From Candidatus Latescibacterota bacterium (GTDB taxonomy: Bacteria > Latescibacterota > UBA2968 > UBA8231): DNA of 64,000 nucleotides. Positions within the stretch are counted from its first letter, which is position 1, and the number at the start of each line of letters is the position of its first letter. The notes beneath the pieces are model-generated. The model had not been told where the DNA came from and ran no database searches. It saw only the letters and a program-made list of their open reading frames with translations. Shown in pieces: positions 48,419 through 58,531 of this stretch. The stretch is from positions 1,632,001 to 1,696,000 of the forward strand of contig CBDAOB010000004.1 of the NCBI GenBank assembly GCA_965197905.1. The letters are read 5' to 3'. The position numbers and the translations under genes were made by a program.

Positions 48419-49642
48419 ATGCTGCTGCTTGCCGGATGCGCGTTCCTTTTTTTAGTCGCTCTGTCGCCCCCGTGTCGGGGGCAAGATCAGCTGCAACCGG
48501 AGATCTTCCTGGGAGCAACGGTCGCAATGACACTCACGGAAGGGGATGAGGGTGCCCGCGAAAGGAATTCCTTTCGCCGTGGGGACAATCCCCTCGACCA
48601 CGTGCGCTTCACTGCACTTGGCGACGTGGTGTTTAACCATCGATTCTCGCTGCTGAACCAGATCATTCTGGATCCCGGGGCACGCGCCGGCCTCAATACC
48701 TATCTGCGGACCTACGCGCGCTACACCCTGGTTGCGAATCCATCAGCACATCTGCACCTGCAAGTGGGTCGATTGCCCACGGGGTTCGGCGCTTTTGCTC
48801 CTCGGGCGTATGCCGACCGCAACTTACTCATGGGATTGCCCCTGTTCTACACCTATTTTACGTCTCTCCGTTCCAACCAGCTGCCTGCAGACAACGATGA
48901 TCTCTTGCGTCACCGCGGCAGCGGCCTCGCGGCCCGCTTCACCGGGTATCGAGATAGCACCGCGCCCAACTTCAACGGACTGCCGCTGATCTACGATGCC
49001 TGCTGGGACTTTGGCGTGCAGGCGGTGGGTTCGATCTGGCGCTTTGAGTATCTCGTTGGCGTCACCCAGGGCACCCTATCCGACCCGCGAACCAACCCCG
49101 CCGACAACAACGATGGCAAACAGCTCCTGGGTCGACTGGCCTTTGTGCCTCACGTGGGGGCCGTGGTGGGAGCATCCTTCGCACGCGGCCCCTACCTGGA
49201 TAAAAGAGTGGAAACCCAGATTGAGGACACCGGTGCCGATCTGGAGGATTTCGAGCAGATCATCTATGGCCTGGATCTGGAGTACGGGATCCGCCATTTC
49301 CGCCTGGTCGCCGAGCTTGCCTCAAACACCTGGGAAGCAGCCACCTTGCACAGCGGACCGGTCGATCTGAAAACCTTGAGTTGGTACGTGGAAGCGAGCT
49401 ACAAGCTGAGAGCCGGCTTGACCGCTGCAGCACGGTACGGACGGCTGGACTTTGGCAAGATCGTCAGTGGGATCGGGCGCCGGACAGACTGGGAGTTCGA
49501 CGTCGGCCGCAGTGAACTGGGTTTGCGCTACCGGTTCACCGGCGGCGTGATTGGCAAAGCGGTTTGGCAACGGCATGTCGTCGATCAACCCGGGGTACCG
49601 AACCTGGATCTGGCGGCGTTACAGCTGGTGGCGTCGTTCTAA
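48419..49642 (+). CDS. Outer-membrane beta-barrel / porin-like protein
   Basis: Signal peptide, LQVGR.PTGFG, DNNDGKQLLGRL, WYVEASY, terminal QLVASF. Confidence 0.8.
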   Translation: MLLLAGCAFLFLVALSPPCRGQDQLQPEIFLGATVAMTLTEGDEGARERNSFRRGDNPLDHVRFTALGDVVFNHRFSLLNQIILDPGARAGLNTYLRTYARYTLVANPSAHLHLQVGRLPTGFGAFAPRAYADRNLLMGLPLFYTYFTSLRSNQLPADNDDLLRHRGSGLAARFTGYRDSTAPNFNGLPLIYDACWDFGVQAVGSIWRFEYLVGVTQGTLSDPRTNPADNNDGKQLLGRLAFVPHVGAVVGASFARGPYLDKRVETQIEDTGADLEDFEQIIYGLDLEYGIRHFRLVAELASNTWEAATLHSGPVDLKTLSWYVEASYKLRAGLTAAARYGRLDFGKIVSGIGRRTDWEFDVGRSELGLRYRFTGGVIGKAVWQRHVVDQPGVPNLDLAALQLVASF

Positions 49643-49649
49643 AAGAATC

Positions 49650-50297
49650 ATGCGAACGCTACGTCTGGCGGCTCTGGTGCTCGGATTGGGCACGCCCGAC
49701 CTCGAAGCGGGGACCCTTAGCGGGCAGGTTCTCATCAGGGAAGATCAGCGCGCACAACGCCCGGCGCGGTATTACCTGGGACCGTACCGCGGTACGACCG
49801 GGGATCGGCGTCAAGGGGAGGGCGTTTCCAAGGTTGTGGTTTATGTGGATGGCGCCTTCCCCGACAGCACGTTTGCCGCTGCCACAGCGGTCGTACGGCA
49901 ACGTCAACAACAGTTCCTGCCCCATGTGTTGCCGGTTCTCAAAGGCACTTCAGTCGGGTTTCCCAATCTCGACAACTACTACCACAACGTCTTCTCCGTG
50001 TTTGCGGGCGAGCGCTTCGACCTCGGCAGGTACGGTGCGGGTGAGAGCGGTGAACAGACCTTCAACCAGCCCGGCGTCGTGGTTCTCCGCTGCGAGATCC
50101 ACCCGGGCATGAAATCCTACGTGCTCGTTCTGGAGAACCCGTTCTTTGCCGTCCCCGACTCTAGTGGACGTTTCCGCATCGAAGGAATCCCCCAGGGCGT
50201 CTACGACCTGAAAGCGTGGCACCCCAACCGCGGAGAGCGCGTGCGGCGGACGGTGGTTCCCGAGTCAGGGGCAGTCGAAGTGCGGTTCTCGTTCTGA
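49650..50297 (+). CDS. Periplasmic cupredoxin-like protein with carboxypeptidase-regulatory-like domain
   Basis: QFLPHVL, FPNLD..HNVFS, CEIHPGM, GRFRIEGIP.G.Y.LKAWHP. Confidence 0.85.
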   Translation: MRTLRLAALVLGLGTPDLEAGTLSGQVLIREDQRAQRPARYYLGPYRGTTGDRRQGEGVSKVVVYVDGAFPDSTFAAATAVVRQRQQQFLPHVLPVLKGTSVGFPNLDNYYHNVFSVFAGERFDLGRYGAGESGEQTFNQPGVVVLRCEIHPGMKSYVLVLENPFFAVPDSSGRFRIEGIPQGVYDLKAWHPNRGERVRRTVVPESGAVEVRFSF

Positions 50298-50304
50298 GGC
50301 CCGG

Positions 50305-53204
50305 ATGACCTTGCACCGAAAGATGTTGCTGTTCACGGTAGGGGTCATTGCCGTGTTATTGGCGTTGACACTGGCCGTCATCCACTCGTTTGTCGCCGAT
50401 CGCGTCGAAGCGGAGGTCGCTCGTGATCTCTTTGAAACCCGTTCGCTCTATGACCAGTTCATGAGCGAGCGTGGCCGCTGGCTTCAATCGCAGACCCAGG
50501 TGGTCGCCGAAGATCCCCGCTTTGTAGCAACTCTCGATATCCCCGACCCGGAGTTGATGCAACATGCGCGTACGGTGATTCCGGTGGCCAAGCAGTTTCA
50601 AGCGATTGTCGGCAGCGATCTGTTTATGGCGACCAATGCCTCGGGTCTGGTGTTGGCGCGCGCCAACATCCACTCGACAGTGGGGGGCGCCGCCCTCCCC
50701 CTTTCGCGCTCCCTTGACGCTACCCGGTCTTCCGTCGAAATGTGGGACCAACGCTACGATGTCCTGCAGGCCCCTTCCCAAGTAGGAACCGAGCTGCTGG
50801 GGTTTGCCGTTGTGGGGTTGAAAGAGGGGGCCTCTGCCCCCGATGCTCTGCGATTCGTGGACGCGGTGGCGCGGGACAAAAATACCCAGGAGCACTTGCG
50901 ATCTGGCGCAGTGCCGCGGTCGTTTCTGGACGAGATCCAGCGCCACGTGGCGGCCGATTGGGTGGCTCTAACCGACGCCGAAGCCGTCCCGTTGCGTCTC
51001 ATCAGGTGCCAAGTCGATTTCGGGGAAAACCTCTCCGCCAACCCCCGAATCGCGGCCGCCCGCAGCGGCATTACCCAGGCCATCGGGTTGTATCGCGAAG
51101 GCCGACGGCTGTTCCAGACAGTGGTCGTACCGGTCTGGTCTCAAGATCAGGTAGTGGGCACGCTCAGCACCGGTTTCGTCGTTGATGATCGCCTGGCGCA
51201 GCTGCTGCAGCGGATGACCCACAGCCACGTTTCCTTCGTCCTAGACCGCGATATCGTGGCCTCCACGTGGGGCCCCGACCAGCGTCTCCTGTTGCAGCGC
51301 CAGCTACAGAGCGAACCCTTTCCAGAACACACGGACGCGCCGATGGCCGTCGTCCTCGCGGACGAGACCTACCTGACGCTGACAGGTCCCTTGACCGAAG
51401 CGGCAACGCCGGGTGGTGGCATCGTCGTTATCCAGGTGTCCCTCGACGAAGCCAGCGCCTTCCTCACCACGATAGAGCATCTTCTGCTGGTGGTTGGACT
51501 TGGGGTCCTGTCCGTGGCGCTGGCATTGAGCCTGGTGGGGGTGGGGCGCATCGTGCGCCCGATACAGCTGCTGCTCACCGGAACGCGACGTCTGGCCGCG
51601 GGCGAATGGTCCCACCGCATTCCCGTGGAGGGCGGCGGGGAAGTCGGCGAGCTGGCCGGATCCTTCAATGAGATGGCGGCCTCTTTGGCCCAATCTGTGG
51701 ATGCGCTGCAGGAGTCGGAGCAACGCTATCGCGACCTCTTCGACAACGCCCTGGATATGGTGTTCACCACCGATCGTCAGTTCTGTTTGACCTCGGTAAA
51801 CGAAGCGTGTCGTTCCGTTCTTGGACGAGAACCGGCACAGCTCCAGGGGGTTTGCCTCTACGACCTCGTCGCCGCCCCCGACGCTGAAGGGCTGCGCGCC
51901 CGGCATCGTCACTTCGAGCCCGGCACCTCCCGTCCAGCGTTCGAAGCGGCCTTTCTGCGAGCGGACGGGGACCGGGTAACGCTGGAGGTCGCCACGCGCT
52001 GGATTCTGGAGGAAGGACAACCCACCGGAGTCCACGGCATCGCGCGCGATATTACCGAGCGCCGCGAGCGCGAAGAGGGACCTCGCGATTTCACGAGCAG
52101 CTCTACCAGGCGGAAAAATTGCGGGCGTTGGGTGAAATGGCCGCCGGGGTAGCGCACAATTTCAACAATCTGCTCACCATCGTGTTGGGCAATGCAGAGC
52201 TCATCGGCATGCGCGAGGAGCTGCCCGAGAAGATTCGCGAGGACACCGCCCGCATCCTGGATTCCGCGCGGCGATGTTCGGCCATTGTCAGGCGCATCCA
52301 GACGTTCGGAAGACCCGTCGACCTGGCGGCTGTAGAAAAGGTGAATCTGCCTCAGGTTATCCGCGACATCGTGGAGATTACGCGACCCAAATGGGAATCG
52401 GAGGCCGGGCGCGAGGGTCGCGTGGTAAAGATCGATTTAAATCTGGAGCTGTCCAAGCCGTTGGAAGGTCTCGCTTCGGTGTGGGAGGAGATCTTGTCAA
52501 ATCTGATCTTCAACGCCGTTGATGCCATGCCGCACGGGGGTACCATCACTATTGGAGCTTACCTCAGGGACGAAGAGGTCGAGGTGACGGTCGCCGACAC
52601 CGGTAGTGGAATGGACGAGAAGACCCGGGCGCGGGTTTTTGAACCGTTTTTCAGCACCAAAGGAGATCGCGGGACGGGGTTGGGCCTGAGCACCGTTTGG
52701 GGTATGGTTCAACGGATGGGCGGACGCGTCGACATCGACAGCCGCCCTGGGGAGGGTACGACCTTTCTACTTCGGGTGCCAATCGCAGACGCGAGCGCGC
52801 CTTCGGAGCCGCCCCTTCCCCGCCCCGAAACGGGGCGGGGACTGGAGATCCTGGTGGTAGACGACGAGCCCAACGTGCTCGAGATCCTCACTCCGATGCT
52901 GGCGGGAAACGAGGTGACCACGGCCAACCACGGCCGCGCCGCTCTTCAGCTGCTAGCGGAGCGGGAGTTCGACCTGGTTCTGTGTGACTGGATCATGGGG
53001 GGCCTCTCCGGACTCGAGGTGGCGGAGGCGGTGAAGCGGCGACGTCGGCGCACCGTCGTTGTCCTCATGACCGGATGGGAGCTCAAGGACACTCCCGCCG
53101 ACCGTCACCCCGCCATCGATCTGGTGCTCTCAAAACCGTTCGATCGCGAGGAGATCGATCGGGTCATGGCCGAAGCCAGCGTACTCTGCATGGGAGCACG
53201 TTAG
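50305..53204 (+). CDS. Hybrid sensor histidine kinase (Cache-like, HAMP, PAS, HisKA, HATPase, REC); frameshift near 52078
   Basis: EVGELAGSFNEMA; SEQRYRDLF..ARDITER; the shifted frame continues QLYQAEKLRALGEMAAGVAHNFNN, NAVDAM, DTGSGM, GTGLGLS, VVDDE. Confidence 0.9.
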
Positions 53205-53653
53205 TCCAACGCGGCGCCGACGATCTCCTTGATTTTGGCCCAGGAGGTGGCCTCGACCGCCGTCGGTTGCGCAGGTTCGGGAGGATGACTCTCCGGGTCG
53301 CCGGGTTTGGTGACGGCCTCGGGGTCGCCCGGGCTCTCGTCGCCGGCCTTCCAGGTTCCCTCGGGATCGCCCAACTCTTCGCCGTTGGTAAATCCGTCCT
53401 CATCGGAGTCTATGGCGGCCAGCTTCGGACCCCAAAGCACGTTCCCGTCTTCGCTGAGAAACTCGGCCTCCACCGTCCGCCCGAAGGCGTTGCGGGCATC
53501 GCCGCCCCTAGGGCTCATGTGACAGTTGGAGCAGGTGTTGACGGGCCCGTTGGGAATCTGCCCGGGACGAAAGAAGCGGGCTTCAGCGTCTCCCAACATC
53601 CAGGGACCCAAACACAACGCGAAGCAGATCAGACGCAACATTCGGACAACCAT
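53201..53653 (-). CDS. Secreted CxxCH protein with Ca-binding DxDxDG motif and C-terminal TSWAKIK tail
   Basis: GGAGG RBS, signal peptide, CSNCH, RNAFG, DSDEDGFTNGEELGDP, TAVEATSWAKIK. Confidence 0.85.
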   Translation of the reverse strand: MVVRMLRLICFALCLGPWMLGDAEARFFRPGQIPNGPVNTCSNCHMSPRGGDARNAFGRTVEAEFLSEDGNVLWGPKLAAIDSDEDGFTNGEELGDPEGTWKAGDESPGDPEAVTKPGDPESHPPEPAQPTAVEATSWAKIKEIVGAALD

Positions 53654-53704
53654 GTTTTCCTCCGACTAAGGGTTCGAGATCAAGTACAGAAAGGCTTTCT
53701 TGGG

Positions 53705-53719
53705 GCAAGCATCGTGCCA
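53705..53719 (-). promoter_or_regulatory. sigma54 -24/-12 promoter
   Basis: Minus strand TGGCAC-GATGC-TTGC, 51 bp before the ATG at 53653. Confidence 0.75.
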
Positions 53720-53935
53720 ACACCGGCCGTGAGGTGTAATCGATTGGGGCACGTAAGCTTGGCTCCGCTCAGTCCCGGGATGCTACGCCGCGGCGGAACG
53801 ACAGTTTGACGCCATGGGCGCCTACGAAATACCCAGAAATACCTGTATAATATAAGGCTTAAGACGCATTTGTGGAAGTTGTGCGGCAGTGTCTCATAAT
53901 AACTGCTATTTTCTCTTTGAAACGCATATTTCCGG

Positions 53936-54604
53936 CTAGGCCACGGGCGTGACGCGATACAGGAGTCGATGGCGTAGCTGATCCAGGGGGAAGGCGGGCC
54001 CGGGATCGATCTTGCGGTGAGGGGCGATTTCTTCATGGCCGAGGATGTGGCGAATCTGGTAGGTTGCGACCAGGAGACGGCAGAGGCTCTCAACGACTCT
54101 GAGCTGCACCGCAGGGTAGGTGTGCCAAAAGCAAGGTTCTACTTGATTGCGATGCACCGCCTCGCACACCTCGTGCGGGGGGTATTCTTGGCCCAACGAC
54201 GACCTGTAGCGGCCGTCGCGTTTTTCTAGTTTGCCGGCGTTTTGCACCTCGATACCCAGTGAGTATTGGTTGAACTGAGTACGCTCTCCCCAGCTGCTTT
54301 GACCGGCGTGCCAGGCGATCTGGTCGAAAGCTACGAGTTGAACCAGGGCGCCGTCGCGGCCCACCACCACGTGCGCCGATACTTGCTTCTCCCTGTCGCA
54401 GAGGGTATTGATCGCCGTCTCGAGGGTGTGACCGTCGGTAAAATGTAGAATGATGGTATCCGGATTTGGGCCCTCGAACGGTCCCCCCACATTTGCCGAG
54501 GGGTGCTGGACGGTGTTATCCCCGACGATCTGATGATTGTCGACCCTGATTTCTTCTCCCGCCGGCACGGATGATTTTTCGCTAGCGTCCTTGTGATTTT
54601 CCAA
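53936..54604 (-). CDS. N-acetylmuramoyl-L-alanine amidase (AmpD/Amidase_2)
   Basis: IILHFT, VSAH, AWHAGQS, SLGIEV, GHEEIAPHRKIDPGP. Confidence 0.93.
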   Translation of the reverse strand: MENHKDASEKSSVPAGEEIRVDNHQIVGDNTVQHPSANVGGPFEGPNPDTIILHFTDGHTLETAINTLCDREKQVSAHVVVGRDGALVQLVAFDQIAWHAGQSSWGERTQFNQYSLGIEVQNAGKLEKRDGRYRSSLGQEYPPHEVCEAVHRNQVEPCFWHTYPAVQLRVVESLCRLLVATYQIRHILGHEEIAPHRKIDPGPAFPLDQLRHRLLYRVTPVA

Positions 54605-54664
54605 GAATCCCAGTATCCTTACGCAAGGATCTTTACTTCTTTACTTTTCTAGGTGCGAGCGAAT

Positions 54665-54886
54665 ATGTCCAGACCGCTGATAAGTACAATCTCCGCCAAG
54701 GGGCAGACTACGATTCCCGTCGCCGTCCGCCGCGCGTTGGAGATCACTCCAGGCGACGCGATCCGCTACTCGATCGAAAGCGATGATGTGCGCATCGTCA
54801 AAGCCGACCTCATGGATCTGCCATGGGCCCGCGCCCTGCAACCCACCTTGGCTGAGTGGGAAGGGGAAGAAGACGATGATCTGTGA
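54665..54886 (+). CDS. AbrB/MazE-type antitoxin
   Basis: STISAKGQTTIPVAVRRALEITPGD, LAEW..EEDD. Confidence 0.9.
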   Translation: MSRPLISTISAKGQTTIPVAVRRALEITPGDAIRYSIESDDVRIVKADLMDLPWARALQPTLAEWEGEEDDDL

Positions 54887-55211
54887 CCCCTTCGAGGTGG
54901 TGGAGGTGCCCTACCCGTTTGCGGATCCCGCTCAGGCGAGACGCCGCAAGGCGCTGGTGGTCTCCAGCGTGGAATTCAATGCCAAGAACCGCAGTTCGGT
55001 GCTGTTGGTGTTGACCAGCGATCGACCACCCCAGTGGCAGCGCGACGTCGCCCTTGAAGCGTGGGCCGCAGCGGGTCTGCGCAAACCGTGCATCGCCCGC
55101 ATGAAGTTGTTCACCTTGCCCAACGACCTCATCCTCGATCGGGTGGGCGAGGTCCACGAGGTGGATCGCAAGCGCATCGCCAAGGCGTTGAAGAAAACCC
55201 TTGGCATCTGA
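54876..55211 (+). CDS. PemK/MazF-family toxin
   Basis: VVEVPYPFAD..RRRKALVVS..FN, AGLRKPCIARMKLFTL; overlaps the antitoxin stop. Confidence 0.88.
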   Translation: MICDPFEVVEVPYPFADPAQARRRKALVVSSVEFNAKNRSSVLLVLTSDRPPQWQRDVALEAWAAAGLRKPCIARMKLFTLPNDLILDRVGEVHEVDRKRIAKALKKTLGI

Positions 55212-55251
55212 GGCGCCAGAGACCCGCGCGTTTGCCGCCCGCCGAACGGAG

Positions 55252-55788
55252 CTACTCGACCGGGAGAATCCCTTTCTTTAGCGCAAATCGCATCAGCTCT
55301 GCCTTGGTGCGCAGCCCTAGCTTCTTCATCACGTTGGAGCGGTGATATTCGACCGTGCGCAGACTGATGGTCAGCCGCTGCCCGATATCGGTGTTGTTGC
55401 AGCCTTCCAAAACCAGGTGCATTACCTCGCGCTCGCGCGGCGTGAGTGTATCATACACCTCCTGCTCGCCCGACTCCGCAAGTTCCAGGTAGGCTCCGAT
55501 CGACTCTTGCGACAGCGGCGGACTTAGATAATGGCGCCCCGCGGCCACTTCCCGCAGCGCCTGAACCAGATGGTCGGGAGCCGCGTTCTTTAGCACGTAC
55601 CCGCCAGCACCATTCTTCAACGCTTCTGCCACATAAGAGCCGGCGGAGTACATGGAGTACACCACGATTTTCGTATTCGGCGATCTCCGTTTTGCCTGTC
55701 GCAGCACGTCGATGCCGCTTTCCGCCTCCAAGAGCGTGCGCAGCCCCTGGCATACGACCCCGTGATCATCCGCCAGCAGGACGTCCAT
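55252..55788 (-). CDS. NarL/LuxR response regulator with internal deletion in the REC domain
   Basis: LLADDH..GLR, GYVLK, LTPREREV..ISLRTVEYHRSNVMKKLG; the segment with the phospho-Asp is absent. Confidence 0.88.
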   Translation of the reverse strand: MDVLLADDHGVVCQGLRTLLEAESGIDVLRQAKRRSPNTKIVVYSMYSAGSYVAEALKNGAGGYVLKNAAPDHLVQALREVAAGRHYLSPPLSQESIGAYLELAESGEQEVYDTLTPREREVMHLVLEGCNNTDIGQRLTISLRTVEYHRSNVMKKLGLRTKAELMRFALKKGILPVE

Positions 55789-57856
55789 TCGCGGCTTCCA
55801 CGGTAACGGCATGGGCGGACGCCTTGCCAATCAAGGGCAGCTCGGCCAACAGACAGGTTCCGCGGCCGGGCGTCGTGTCGATGGTCAGCGCTCCGCCTAC
55901 CAACAGAGCACGCTCTTTCATGCCCGCGAGCCCACCACTGCCGACGCCACTCATCTCTACACTGCCATCGAACCCCGCCCCTTCGTCCTCTACCTGGACG
56001 TGCAGCCTGTCGGGCCTGGACCAAAGGCGTACATGCACGTCACTCACCTGGGCGTGCCGGGCGACGTTGGTCAACGCTTCCTGCACGATGCGATACGCCG
56101 CGGTTTTGACTTCTTGAGCGAACCCTCTTTCCAAGCCGTCATGTTTGAACACCACCTGCACCTGGGTCTGCTCGGTGTAGCGTAAGAAATGCCACGCCAA
56201 GGCGTGGAGCAATCCCTGGTCGTCAAGTATGGAGGGTCGCAGATCCAGAGACAGATCGTGCACATTCGTGGCGAGCTCATGCACCAGCTTTTGGGCTCGG
56301 TTTAGTGCCTGGTTCATGCGCTCGCCAGGCTGCCGTGGCACCGTCCGCAGAATGAGGTTCAACCCGGTGAGTGTTTGGCCGATTTCGTCGTGCAGCTCCC
56401 GCGCCAAGGACCGCCGTTCCTCTTCCTGCACCTCGACGAGTCGCCGTGAGAGGCTCTGCATCCGCTCCTTGCCGGCGCGAACCTCGTCGTAGAGCCGGGC
56501 GTGCTCCAGGGCGATTGCGATTTGCCCCAAGAGGGGCTGCATCGCTTCGATGCGCCGCAACATCGCGTCGCAGTCGTGGAGCGCGCTGCCGGTGGCCAGA
56601 ACCGCCAACACCCGGTCGCCCTGTTTTACCGGAATAAAGTAGGACGCTTTGCGGGCATGGGATTCGATCACCTCCGGGTCGGTGGGACCGTCGTTGGAGT
56701 CGAAACGCGGATCCCAACCGCGAACAACCTGAGTCTCTCCCGAACGCGCGACCTCCGCCATGATATTGGCATCGTCGAGGGCGTACGACAATCCGATAAT
56801 CGGACGGCTCTCGTCTGGTCGGTTCTCATCGGAAGCGGTGGGGCGCAAGGTGTAGGGGTGCGACTCGATGGCTCCTTCGTGGACGGTGCGTGTTCCTTCT
56901 GCCGTCTCCTGCAAGATCGGGGCGCGCACATAGTTGCGAACCACCTCGACCCGTTCCCGCTCGTGCCGCACCAGAGCCACGGTGAGGCTGCGAAATACTC
57001 CTGTTTCGATGAGCTGAGCGGCGAGGCTGTCGAGAATCTGGTCCAGGTCCAAAGAGACCAAGGTGACCTGGCCGATGTGGTGAAACGCGTTCACCAGTTT
57101 TTCCTTCTCCTCCAGGCGGCGATTCGTAACGATGAGCTCCTGCCGTTGTATTTTTAGCGCTTGCTCAGCCTGTTGGCGATCGGCGATCTCCTTCTGCACC
57201 TGGGCGTACAGCTTGGCGTGCTCTAGGGCAATGGCAATCTGCGCCAGAAGCGGTTGCATGCTTTCGATACGCGCGAGGACCGCCTGTTTATCTTCCATCT
57301 GACTACCCGTAGCCATAACCGCCAGCACCCGATCCTCCCGCTTTACCGGAATGAAAAAGGCCGCCTTGCCCTGGCGCTCTTGCCGCGTGTTGGCACGTTG
57401 ATCCAGGGTGTCGCTCCACTCGTCCAACACTTGCATCTCCCCGGAACGAGCCGTCATCGCGGTGACGTTGTCGTCGTTCAAGGAGTAGCGGAACCCGACG
57501 ACGTCGGCCGTGCTCTGAATCGGCACGGCTGCCGCCGGCCGGATGACCTTTTCGTCCGTACCGAATTTTTTGTTGAATCCCAGGCCCTCGTTGATGAGAC
57601 TGCGCACCACCACGATCGAATCGGTCTCCTCGTCGACCAACGCAATCATCAAGGAACGGAAGAGGCCGGTCTTGATAACCTGGGTCGCCAGGGTGTCGAG
57701 AAGCTGCTCCAGGTCGAGCGACGACAAGGTGGCGTGGCCAATTTGCTCGAACGCGGCCAGCAGCCGGTTCTTGTCGGCGATGCCTGAACGCAGGTCCGCC
57801 AACTCCTGTATGAGCGCTTCGGTCTGCATCTCGTCGCGGGAAGTCATTTCGATCAC
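55766..57856 (-). CDS. Cytoplasmic sensor kinase, 2x GAF + HisKA_3 + HATPase
   Basis: Two homologous GAF modules ending QIAIALEHA.LY; QEEERRSLARELHDEIGQ, QEALTNVARHA, DEGAGFD. Confidence 0.93.
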   Translation of the reverse strand: MIEMTSRDEMQTEALIQELADLRSGIADKNRLLAAFEQIGHATLSSLDLEQLLDTLATQVIKTGLFRSLMIALVDEETDSIVVVRSLINEGLGFNKKFGTDEKVIRPAAAVPIQSTADVVGFRYSLNDDNVTAMTARSGEMQVLDEWSDTLDQRANTRQERQGKAAFFIPVKREDRVLAVMATGSQMEDKQAVLARIESMQPLLAQIAIALEHAKLYAQVQKEIADRQQAEQALKIQRQELIVTNRRLEEKEKLVNAFHHIGQVTLVSLDLDQILDSLAAQLIETGVFRSLTVALVRHERERVEVVRNYVRAPILQETAEGTRTVHEGAIESHPYTLRPTASDENRPDESRPIIGLSYALDDANIMAEVARSGETQVVRGWDPRFDSNDGPTDPEVIESHARKASYFIPVKQGDRVLAVLATGSALHDCDAMLRRIEAMQPLLGQIAIALEHARLYDEVRAGKERMQSLSRRLVEVQEEERRSLARELHDEIGQTLTGLNLILRTVPRQPGERMNQALNRAQKLVHELATNVHDLSLDLRPSILDDQGLLHALAWHFLRYTEQTQVQVVFKHDGLERGFAQEVKTAAYRIVQEALTNVARHAQVSDVHVRLWSRPDRLHVQVEDEGAGFDGSVEMSGVGSGGLAGMKERALLVGGALTIDTTPGRGTCLLAELPLIGKASAHAVTVEAANGRPAGG

Positions 57857-57961
57857 CGGGTTGGCAACTTAACTAGAAAACCTGCCGCTATAAATGATGG
57901 CCGCAACCCGCGTTAGCGAGGTCTCTTGTCAGCCGCCCTTCTCCGCGGTTAGTTTAGCCGC

Positions 57962-58531
57962 GTGGAGAAGCTCAAGGAAGACATCGTATTCGAGGCGAGT
58001 ATGCGCGGCCGCACCTTCGTGTTCCGCTCCACCTGGGGTCTGTTTAACCCGCGTGCGGTCGATGAAGGTTCGCGCCTGCTCATTCGCCACCTAGAGGTGC
58101 CGGCGGACCACCGCTGCATCGACATCGGCTGCGGCTATGGCGCCATCGGGCTGGCGCTGGCGCATTTGTGTCCCGACGGCGAGGTAGATATGGTCGACAA
58201 GGATTTCGTCGCCGTGGAGTACGCCAATAAGAACGCCGCGGGCAACGGACTGACCAATGGTCGAGCCTATTTAAGCAACGGATTCAGCGAGGTGCCATCC
58301 ATTTCGTTTGACACGGTTGTATCGAATCTTCCTGCCAAAGCGGGCAATGAAATGTTGTCCATACTGTTGGGTGACGCGCACCGGTACCTGCGTGTCGGCG
58401 GCGCGCTTTGGGTGGTCACCCATGCCGGTTTGAAAGCGTATGTCAAACGCGCGTTCCAGGAGATCTTCGGCAACTACGAAAAGGTCAAGCAAGGACGAAC
58501 CCATTCCGTCGCGCGTGCCCTCAAAGTCTAG
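57962..58531 (+). CDS. Class I SAM methyltransferase (RsmC/MTS small-domain type)
   Basis: GLFNP..VDEGS.LL, DIGCGYG, SNLP. Confidence 0.9.
   Translation: MEKLKEDIVFEASMRGRTFVFRSTWGLFNPRAVDEGSRLLIRHLEVPADHRCIDIGCGYGAIGLALAHLCPDGEVDMVDKDFVAVEYANKNAAGNGLTNGRAYLSNGFSEVPSISFDTVVSNLPAKAGNEMLSILLGDAHRYLRVGGALWVVTHAGLKAYVKRAFQEIFGNYEKVKQGRTHSVARALKV

Noticed and set aside
52070..52090. Programmed frameshift in the hybrid kinase
   Set aside because: No convincing slippery heptamer; one of many indels in the window.
54665..55211. TA pair as a novel system
   Set aside because: Ordinary AbrB/MazE-PemK/MazF layout; only a minor RRK-for-RRP change.
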